Below, in pieces: positions 11,428 through 19,997 of a stretch of DNA of 54,855 nt; position 1 is the first letter of the stretch; each line of letters begins with the position of its first letter. Location: contig CAUYUJ010000208.1 of assembly GCA_963575745.1 (NCBI GenBank), forward strand, positions 62,001 through 116,855, given 5' to 3'. The translations under genes and the position numbers were made by a program. The notes below the pieces were generated by a model. It did no database searches. It had not been told where the DNA came from and worked only from the letters and a program-made list of their open reading frames with translations. Origin of the DNA: Prorocentrum cordatum (taxonomy: Eukaryota).

Positions 11428-11910
11428 ATGCGGCAAGTCTGCCCCCGCCCCGAGGGCATTTTCAACGTATCCATGGCGCGCGATCGAACACCGCCGCGGA
11501 GGTGCTGTTACGTTCGGCTGATCCAGCGAGCGCACACCGCAAGTCATCTCGCGAAGGTCGCGGCGCATTCCCTTTTCAGGAGCGAGATGCGGCAGCGCGA
11601 CACGGACGCGGCGGCCTCGTGGCTGCGGGGCCGCGGGATCCGCTCGTGGTTCCAGCTCGGGCGGCTTCCCGCGGATTCAGTGCCGTCCCTGGGCTTGGCT
11701 AGGGACGCGCGCGCGACGATCCTCCGGGCCATCCAGCTGGCCATCGAATGCCGACTGGACGAAGCACTCTGCACCTTCGGCACGGAACTCGAACCGGAGT
11801 CCAGCTGCTCAAGCAGCGAATCTGATACCATCGACTATCGCACGACGATGGTGGGCGCGCCGCAGGGCGCGGACGTCGATGACGACCCAATCGAAACGAC
11901 GTCGCCTTAG
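11428..11910 (+). CDS. Additional small ORF between RT-RH and YR, with a SAM/HhH-like helical motif and an acidic tail (possible in-frame intron 11476-11556)
   Basis: AAASWLRGRGIRSWFQLGRLPADSVPSLGLARDARATILRAIQLA followed by an acidic, Ser-rich tail. The ATG is preceded by a TAG acceptor-like site. Confidence 0.55.
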   Translation: MRQVCPRPEGIFNVSMARDRTPPRRCCYVRLIQRAHTASHLAKVAAHSLFRSEMRQRDTDAAASWLRGRGIRSWFQLGRLPADSVPSLGLARDARATILRAIQLAIECRLDEALCTFGTELEPESSCSSSESDTIDYRTTMVGAPQGADVDDDPIETTSP

Positions 11911-12105
11911 CCGCGCCGTCACCGGCCAGCGCCGGTCGCTCCCGCTCGACCCCGCGCAAGGCTCGCATCAGAGAAAGAGACGCGAGCGCCGCCCGGGAAG
12001 GCGCGTCAGTAACGCGGCACGAACGCTCTCACACGCGAAGGGGGCTATCGAGAGGCGCGCAGGGCGCGGGGCGACCTCTCTCAACGCGCCCCTCGGCGCG
12101 CCAGA

Positions 12106-13677
12106 ATGAAGCTCGCCGACCAGATCGCCGTTGCGACCCCGTGGGCGTCACCCACGGTCGTTGAGGAAGTCGCCAAGTTTCTGGTTTCTTGCGATGTGTT
12201 CGCGATCTCATCTGTGCGGGCGGTTGGCGCACCGGAAAACTGGAGCGGCTACGTGAATCTGTCGCCCGACGCGCAGCGCGCGATCGCGCTCTTCGCGCGA
12301 GCAAAGCCGCCGCCGGGCCCGCCACCTGCGGCGGCGTTCGTGAGTGACGAGGTGCCTGCGGCGCCCGTGTGCGCTCAGCCGTGTGTCTCCTCCGCCGCTG
12401 GCTCCTCCTCTTCCTCCTCGTCCTCCTCCTCCTCCTCGTCCTCCTCGCCCCCCCCGCGGGCGGGTGGTAGGAGTCCAGCCGCGCAGGCACCCGCACGCCC
12501 GCAACAGGAGGGCGTACTCTCGCAGCGGCTGCAATTAGCGCGGGCGACGGCCGCGCTGAAAGCGTCGCCCCTGGGCTCGAGAAGAGGAGGCCCGCGCGCC
12601 GCAATTCGACGCCTGGCCGTTGCGCCGAGCGACCCCGAATTCAGGAAGCGCGCCTTATTCGGGGCCCGGTGCGCCGCCGTCCTCAACGGTGCCCCGCGCT
12701 CCATCGGCACGTGGACAGCCGGCCTGAGGTGCTGGTTCCGTTTCGCCAAATCGCAGCTCGGAAAAGGGGACAGCCCCCTCCCGCCAACTGCGGACGAGCT
12801 ATGTCTTTGGGCTTTGTGCTTCTCGAACCCCGGCACTTTTGCCAATTACAAAGCCCAGGTCGACAAGGCCTGCACGCTGCTGGGCCTCGACCGCTCAGCG
12901 TTCAGCAGCCCCGCCGTTTCGCGCGCAAAGGCCGCGATCAAGCACCGTGCGCCCCAGCCTGACCCGCGACCTCCCCCTGTCACGCGGAAGGCGTTAGTCG
13001 CGATGTTGCCGCACGTGCCTGACCCTCAGGTGCGAGCGCTGTTCGTAGTCGCCTTCGCACTGGCCTTGAGGCTTCCCTCGGAGGCGCTGTTGATCAGCAT
13101 AGGCGACCCAGCACGGGCGGCCAACTTCCGGTTCACGCAGGAGGAACTGGACCGCCCAGTGCCGACCATCGTGCTTTTCAACACGAGCGAGGCGGTCGTA
13201 CTCCACCTCTCGAGGCGAAAGCATAAGCCCAGGCCTAGCGAAGTCAGGCGCTCGTGCTGGTGCAGCATCTGCACCGCGACCTGCCCAGTGCACGCCCCGC
13301 GCGCCCTACTGGGCGACCTCGCGCCGGGTGCGTCTCCTTTTGCCCACCTGGCAAAGCCGACCAGAGCCGGGCGCGTGCTCCCCGTGCCAGCAATTACCCG
13401 CAACCTGCGCAGGTCGGCGCAAGCGGCGGGCCTCCCCAATGCCGCCCGCATCACCTCGAAGTGCCTGCGGCGCGGCCACACGGAGACTCTCCGCCAAAGC
13501 GGGGGGAGCCTCGCCACCATCTTGAGAGCCGGCAACTGGAGGTCCGGCGCATTTAAGGCCTACCTGGACCAGCCTGCCCTGGAAGACGCGGCGACGGGCG
13601 AGGGCATGGCCCTCTCCGCCAGCGCGGGCCCTGAGGCCGCGGGCCATGACCCCGCAGGCGCTGCATCTCAGCCGTAA
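12106..13677 (+). CDS. Tyrosine recombinase of the retrotransposon (523 aa, no obvious intron)
   Basis: ALRLPSE (Arg I), SRRK, CPVH, SKCLRRG (HxxR position carries K), AGNW and FKAY (catalytic Tyr at 13561-13563). Confidence 0.92.
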   Translation: MKLADQIAVATPWASPTVVEEVAKFLVSCDVFAISSVRAVGAPENWSGYVNLSPDAQRAIALFARAKPPPGPPPAAAFVSDEVPAAPVCAQPCVSSAAGSSSSSSSSSSSSSSSPPPRAGGRSPAAQAPARPQQEGVLSQRLQLARATAALKASPLGSRRGGPRAAIRRLAVAPSDPEFRKRALFGARCAAVLNGAPRSIGTWTAGLRCWFRFAKSQLGKGDSPLPPTADELCLWALCFSNPGTFANYKAQVDKACTLLGLDRSAFSSPAVSRAKAAIKHRAPQPDPRPPPVTRKALVAMLPHVPDPQVRALFVVAFALALRLPSEALLISIGDPARAANFRFTQEELDRPVPTIVLFNTSEAVVLHLSRRKHKPRPSEVRRSCWCSICTATCPVHAPRALLGDLAPGASPFAHLAKPTRAGRVLPVPAITRNLRRSAQAAGLPNAARITSKCLRRGHTETLRQSGGSLATILRAGNWRSGAFKAYLDQPALEDAATGEGMALSASAGPEAAGHDPAGAASQP

Positions 13678-13781
13678 TGCGCGCTCGTCGCGCCCTTCAT
13701 CCCGCACGCGGTAAGAAACGTCGCGACGTTGGCAGTGGGGGCGCGCGCACACGACGGCTGACGCCGGCCTGCTGTTGCATT

Positions 13782-13937
13782 GGGTTGTAGCAGCCAGGCG
13801 TCGCCGTCGAGGCGCGCGCCGCCACCGCCTTGTGCTCGGCGGGGGCGGCGCCGCCCGACGCGCCGCCGCACCCATCGCAGGATGGTTGCTGCGACCGCGT
13901 GGCGGACGCCGCAGAGCGCCGCGCCCGCAGCGCTGTG
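13782..13937 (+). repeat. Split direct repeat B1 (156 bp)
   Basis: GGGTTGTAGCAGCC...GCAGCGCTGTG, repeated at 14340-14495 (offset 558). Confidence 0.95.
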
Positions 13938-14323
13938 GTGAGCGAACAGCCGAGGCACGAATGCTGTCTCGCGGGCACAGCAGCGAGGACGCGATGCGCG
14001 TGCGTCCGCGCGCCCCGCAGCGAGCGCGTGAGGTTGCGAGGGGCGCTTCGCCGCGAGGCGACGACACGCGAAACGCGAGAAAGATGGAGCCGCGGTTTTG
14101 TCGGATGCGCCGCGGCTAGGTCGCCGCGGAGGGAGCGCACGCGAGCGTTCACCGCGGCACCGGCCAGCCTTGCCGCGCACAGGAACAGTCATGCGTGGCG
14201 GCTAGGCCGCCGCGGAGGGAGCGCGCGCGACCCGTCCGCGGCGCCGACCAGCCTTGCCGCTCGCAGGTTCCATAATTGTTTGCGGCAGGCGGGGCGCCCA
14301 TCTTCCTGTGGGCGCGTTTCGCC
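13933..14323 (+). repeat. Split direct repeat A2 (391 bp)
   Basis: Copy of 3850-4240; overlaps B1 by the 5 nt CTGTG. Confidence 0.95.
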
Positions 14324-14339
14324 CCACCCACATCCGCCC

Positions 14340-14495
14340 GGGTTGTAGCAGCCAGGCGTCGCCGTCGAGGCGCGCGCCGCCACCGCCTTGTGCTCGGCGG
14401 GGGCGGCGCCGCCCGACGCGCCGCCGCACCCATCGCAGGATGGTTGCTGCGACCGCGTGGCGGACGCCGCAGAGCGCCGCGCCCGCAGCGCTGTG
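14340..14495 (+). repeat. Split direct repeat B2 (156 bp), right end of the element
   Basis: Copy of B1, separated from A2 by a 16-nt spacer. Confidence 0.95.
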
Positions 14496-15009
14496 CTCCG
14501 TACAAGGCGCGCAAAGCCTTCGCCCGGCTTTTGCTCAAGCCGTAATCCTTCGCGAGGTCGCCCGTCCGCGTGCCGCCCCGCACTGCCTCCGCGATCCGCG
14601 CGTGCTCCGCGGCTCCCAGCGTCGCTCGGCTCCGCGACCGTCCTCGCGCAGCTGCTGCCGCCGCCTGCTTGCCACGCGCGCGGCGCGCGGCCCGCGGTGG
14701 CGGCGCAGCGGCCCTTGGGGCCCGATTCGGCGTCAGTGGCGCCGCGCCCTGGCAGCCGCACTGGCTGCGCAACGCCCGCCCGCGTCGCTTGCTCACCCCG
14801 ACGTCCCTGATGAGGTCGCCCACTGTCGCGCCGCCCCGCACCGCCTCCGCGATGCGCGCGTGCTCCGCGGGCCCGAGAGTCACTCGGCGCGGGGCCTGCG
14901 CAGGACCAGCCGCCGCGACCCGCCGACGCCGGCGAAGACCGCCGGCTGCGCCAGAGGACGCGGGCGCCTCGATGGCCGCCGCTGGGCGCTTGCGAACCAG
15001 GCGAGCCAT
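14491..15009 (-). CDS. Extreme N-terminus of the Rep-helicase gene (MARLVRKRP..., two HTH-like repeats), separated from the rest by the retrotransposon insertion
   Basis: ATG at 15009-15007. Repeats TLGPAEHARIAEAVRGGATVGDLIRDVGVSKRRGRALR and TLGAAEHARIAEAVRGGTRTGDLAKDYGLSKSRAKALR. It joins in frame to 3849 when the insertion is removed (...LYGAQ|CAAPLTPDR, compared with ...CGCQGAAPLTPNR after repeat 1). Confidence 0.85.
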
Positions 15010-15062
15010 GTCGGCGCGCCCGCGAGGCGGGTCCAGTGGGTAAGGTTCGCGTGAGCAATCCT

Positions 15063-15084
15063 CTACAGCCCCAATGGCTACGGA
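15063..15084 (-). other. Dinoflagellate spliced-leader-like sequence (relic SL)
   Basis: The minus strand reads TCCGTAGCCATTGGGGCTGTAG versus DinoSL DCCGTAGCCATTTTGGCTCAAG (18/22, ungapped). It is in sense orientation, 53 nt upstream of the Rep-helicase ATG. Confidence 0.8.
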
Positions 15085-15275
15085 GAGAAGAGAGCCAGGG
15101 GGGCGGTGCTCTGTCCCACCAAGGACGCGCTTGGGAGCCTCAGCCCGTTGGGGGGCCCAAGGCGGTGCTAGGCTGACCCAGGAGGCTACCAAGACGGTGC
15201 TCGGGGAGGGGGGGCTCGTTGGGGCGCGCTGGCCTCTCATGGCCCGCCTCCACAGAGACGGGCCGCGCTGCGTTA

Positions 15276-15715
15276 TGCATCGCCAAGGCGTCGACCAGGC
15301 GCTGCGGGAAGATGCCCGTTTTGTCCTCGTGCACGCGTCGCATCGCCTTTGCATCGACCTGCGCGTGCCGCGTCGCAGTTCCAACGATGCAAACGGGCCC
15401 CCCCCCCCCTCAGGGATGCAACGGGCCACCCCGTGCGCTTCGCGTCTGGCTGGTCTATGCATCGCCAACGCATCGGCAAGGTGCCGCGCGATGCCGCCCG
15501 TTTTGTCGCTCCGCGCGCGCGCGTCGCATCGCCTTTGCATCGGCCTTCGCGCGCCGCGTCGCGGTGCGACGCAAACAAACTTGGGGGCTCTGCCCCCAAG
15601 CCAAGAACCGTCTCGCGCGCCCCGTGTCAAGCTGGGGTTTGCATCGCCAAGGCATCGGTGCTGCGCTTCGCGTACGCGCATCGCATCGCCCTTGCATCGG
15701 CCATCGCGCTCCTCG
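15276..15715. repeat. Degenerate ~181-bp tandem repeats upstream of the Rep-helicase gene
   Basis: TGCATCGCCAAGGC...CGCATCGCCTTTGCATCG units at ~15276, 15457 and 15639, with further GCATCGCCGATG motifs at ~16235-16360. Confidence 0.75.
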
Positions 15716-17074
15716 GCGCGGTGTCGAGGAAGCCCATGCGGACCTCTCGCCTCGAAGCAACGAACTATTCCGCGCGTGCGACGCTCCGCAATTCCATGAG
15801 AATTAACCGCCGCTGGGCGGTGTCCCTGCGACGCACAGGGACTCGCGTCTATTTACGTTATTATTCAAATCGCGTCTACAATCTGCTGCCAAGCAAAGAA
15901 ACGCGGCCCTGTCGGCGTGCTGCGCCCGCGCGCGCGCCATCCACATCCTGTGCGCCTCTCAAATCGCCTGCGGCGGCGAAAGAAAATCGCGACCCGCCCG
16001 TCGCGGAAGCGCGCGGCAGAAGGAGCCAGCGTGCCCGCGCGATCGCACCCAAATCTTTACACGTACAAGCGACGCGCAAACAGCGCGCGAAAACGGTCGC
16101 GGCCCCTCAACGTGACGCGCCGTCCCTCTCTGGCAGCGCGCTTGCCGCAGGGGGCATTCGGTGGGTAAGGGCGTCGCGTTTGGCAAAGACCGTCGCCCAC
16201 TCGCGCGAAGCTGGGAGACCGCGGAACCGATTTGCGCATCGCCGATGTCACCGCGCACGCGCGTCCGTTGAAAGGGGGCCCGATGCCGAGGCTGCATCGC
16301 CGATGCGTCCCGGCCGCGAAGATCCATATTGCTAACATGCGACGCGCATCGCCGATGCCATCGTGCGTCGTGTCGGATGACGGAGCGCAGCGCTGCAGAA
16401 GCATTTGAGAAGTGAGTCGTACACAGAATTGAAAATCCTCATAATTGCAGTTTTACTTAGTTTTTTGTTCTTTTTTTTTCTTGGTCTCCTTTGGGCGCTC
16501 TTTGGGTTCGTGGGCCCGCGGCTCATCCTAAAGCGCGCCTGGTTTGTGGGCCAGAGGCGTCTTCGAAGCGTGGTGGTCTCTCGGGATGCATATGGGACGT
16601 TTACTTGGGTGTCTGCTTGTACGTCAGGGCTCTTCAGGATTCATCTGCCTTCCTCAGGATGTATCAGTTTTCGGTTTTTAGGGACTGACCCAGGTGTTCT
16701 TAGTTTTCCTTTCAACTTCTTCAGGATTCCAGGATGTCTAAATATTCAATCGGATTCTGCATGTTTTCCTCATCCTCGTCAAGATAAATTTTCAGGTTGC
16801 CTTTGGGTTCCTCGGGATCCCACAGGGATATGCAGGACTTTCAAGGTTCAGTCGCACGTGCTCAGGACGTCCAGTTTCTTTGGGATATCGTTGGGTTGTT
16901 GAAACTATTGGGGGTTAGTCGGGGTGTTCCTGGTGCGCCGAGGATATAATTTGGTTTTCTTCGGCGTGGGGGGGCCATGCTATTCAGAATAGAACTCACG
17001 ATGCGTTTAAATCTTCGGGCAACTTTGACCATAAAAAGAAAAATAGCCATGCGTAGAGGATGCAGGATCTGATA

Positions 17075-18850
17075 CATTACGCTACTCTAATACATTACAA
17101 CACGCGAACACAATATACTAATACACTGCACACCTACCCCGTACTAATACACGACGCGACTACATTAATCCACGCTATCACGCTGTGCGCGTGACATTTA
17201 CGTCGGAACCATTCATACGCGACGTTCAACGCTCGATCTTTATCGCGCGACACTTATCCACGAATCCACTTCATTAGCACACCGCGCAAATGCATCGCTC
17301 GAACACACTACTCCACACTAGCACACTCTACGCGGCACGTAACGCGGGACTTTTCGTACGCGATACTCAGCGCGCAACGCTTGGCGCGCGGCACATGTTA
17401 CGAGACATTGTCAATTGTTTTAAACAGCGAACTGCATAGCACTTAATGCGCGATAATACGCGGCATTTAATGCGCGACGCTTTCATTCATGCGCGACACT
17501 GAAGCACAACGCGTTCTACATTACAGCCCGTGCGCTACACATAATACACGATAGTATATATATAGGACATTTCAACCACGGCAATGGGTAGTGTATTACG
17601 ACTGCGCATGACTAAGACTGAGCACGCGATAATTAGCGCACGGCGCTCGGCCCATTACACATATCGGCATCGCGCGACATCCCGCGCGCGACAATTACAC
17701 AGTATACGCGACACTTTGCACACGACGTTTTGCGCGCGCCACTCAAGACACGACACCTAGGACACTACGCTTAATACGCGACACTAAAAGGCACGACGCG
17801 TAAGGCACAACAATTTAAACGCGATGGGCAACCCACTACAGCTAACGCACTACATTTTCCACGCGAGACCTGGTACACTACGGCTCTTACGCTACACTAA
17901 ATACGCTACAATTGCTACAATGCATCAGGCGTGCGGCACTGAAGATGAGGCGCGAATGTTTTTGCATTACAGATCGCACACGAGCTTATATTAAGTTGAA
18001 GGCACGACATAAGCTGCACTAAATGTAATACGACAGATACGACGCTAAATCTGCCACTACAGTACGCGCCAAACGAATACACTACATTACAACACGATGC
18101 GAATACACTACGCTAACACGCTAATATAGTACACAATACAACTGCACGGCGCCAATGCACTACACGAACCTATTGCGTAATCAACCTGCGCTACTACACG
18201 ACGCGCCGGCCCTACGTTATTACGGCAGCTAATGGTACACCGCTACGCGACACTTACTTAATGCGCGACACTGAGCACGCGATGTTTAGTACGCGACACT
18301 TTACGACGCGCTGCCTAGTCCACGACGCTGGTGCCGTCTTGGGGCAATCTGGGGCCTCTCGCGGGGCTCTCTTTGGCCACCCCCAGGCCTTCTTGAGGCA
18401 TTGGCAAGCTGACGGGGGCGAAACGGCGGGAAGGCAACAAACATTGAGTGCCTTTATGGTTGCGATGGGTTATGGCTTCTCGGAGGCTCACATTTGAAAG
18501 CTTCGCGGCTCGAAAAATGACTTCTTGGGCTCTCTGAAGGCCCCCCTGGAACCATGCAACAACACGAATCATAATTGTTGATGTCGTGGCATGAATTGGC
18601 GTAGCACGTCCGTGTCGCGTATTCGCGTAGCGTTGTCGTGCAGTGTCTTCGTAGAGCGCATGAGTGAAGGGTAGTATTGTAGTGTATGTGTGTAGTGCAT
18701 TAGCGCAGGGTGTTCGCGTAGTATCAGGTGTTAGTGTATTCGTGTAATACGTTGTTATAATGTTTTGGTGTAGTGCGTTCGCGTGGTGTACTAAGTCGCG
18801 CATGCGTGTTTTATTGAGAATTCGGTGTGGCTGCAGCGCACTCCCATGCA
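17075..18850. repeat. Degenerate strand-skewed low-complexity satellite (ACACGA/ACTAC-like at 17075-18310; complementary GT-rich version at ~18590-18850)
   Basis: There are no long ORFs, and short acacg/actac motifs recur. Confidence 0.6.
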
Positions 18851-19997
18851 TGTCAGTGAATATATTGTTGGGGTTTGGTTATGCTGGGTTCTTTTGGGCG
18901 TGGGCCCCTCTGGAACCCCCAAAGCCCCTCATGAACCCCCTGGGTTTCGCGTGGCCACCCCCCAGGATCCACAGGGACCCTCTGTGATTCCCCAGGTTTC
19001 CTCATGGCTTCCCAGAGAACGGTTACTTACGGGCCCCTACTGTCCAGTCTGTTTTCTGATGCCCTCTACGTCCCCATACGGTCCCCAGTTGCTCCCTGCT
19101 GCCCCTCGCGGACCCCTACGGTCCCCTCTGTCTTATGCGGCCCCGTCGGTCCCCTACGGCCTCCCGCTGTCCCCTGCGGTCCACTGCGGGCCCCTACGGA
19201 CCCCGACGGTTCCTTGCGGTCCCCTGCGGCCCCCTGCGGTCCCCTACGGTGCCCTATTGTCGCTTTGGTCGTCTGCGGTCCCCTACGGCCCCCTACGGTC
19301 CCCATCTGTCCCTTACTGTTCCCCGCGACCATCGTCATCGTCGCCGCCGCCGTCGCCAGCCCGTCTCTTTATACGTATGCCCTCGCCCTCATGCTTCTCG
19401 CCCCCTCACCCCCCCCGTTCAGCCCCCCCCCCCCCGCGACCTCGACTCCGCCGCTCCCTTCACCCCTCCGCCTGGTGTGCAAGTATGCATCCGCTTTCCC
19501 GCATCTTGCCCCCTCGCCGTGCCATCCTCAACCTTGCCCTCGACAGACCAGGTTGCTCTGCCGTGTGTGTACAATTACTATCTTGCCCCCGCGTCCCCTG
19601 CCCTGCCACATCCTGGTGAATTGATACGCCTTGCCCTCGTCATTCCGTTCACAGCAAGAGGGGGTGCGCATATGTGCAGCGCGCGGTTGTGCCTGTACGG
19701 TTGGGCCCAGCGTCGGCGAACATTCATACACGATCTGCGCCCGTTGCATGTACTTGCATTGTGCATTGCATTGTGAGACTGACATTGCATGGCGGTGCAT
19801 TCATGTGATGTGGTATGTGTTGCGTAGGCTTGCATTGCCCACGCAATCAGTGCATGTCCTGCGTTGCCTGAAGTGCATTGCGATGCGCGTCAGTGCAGGG
19901 ATGCATCATGATCCGCATTGCTTGTTTGGCTCAGCAGCTAAACCTGCACGTCTTCGCCGCGCACGGGGCTGTCCGCATACCGAACACAGGACAGACG

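Larger units (their letters stand above)
3850..14495 (+). mobile_element. Full-length tyrosine-recombinase retrotransposon (DIRS order, Ngaro/PAT-like split direct repeats), 10.6 kb, intron-rich
   Basis: A1 (3850-4240), then gag, RT-RH, an extra ORF and YR, then B1-A2-B2. CTGTG occurs at both ends and at the B1/A2 junction. Removing the element restores the interrupted reading frame. Confidence 0.95.
1..16400 (-). mobile_element. Helitron-like rolling-circle element, disrupted by a nested YR retrotransposon; boundaries approximate
   Basis: Rep-PIF1 gene plus upstream subterminal repeats. Base composition shifts from GC-rich to AT-richer at ~16410. The 3' end is outside the window. Confidence 0.6.

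Noticed and set aside
11339..12105. DNA adenine methyltransferase domain as found in some DIRS elements
   Set aside because: No DLFA or PP[FW]-type motifs were seen downstream of RNase H.
3850..14323. A1/A2 as the LTRs of a conventional LTR retrotransposon
   Set aside because: There is no DDE integrase or protease, while a YR is present and the extra B1/B2 pair defines split direct repeats.
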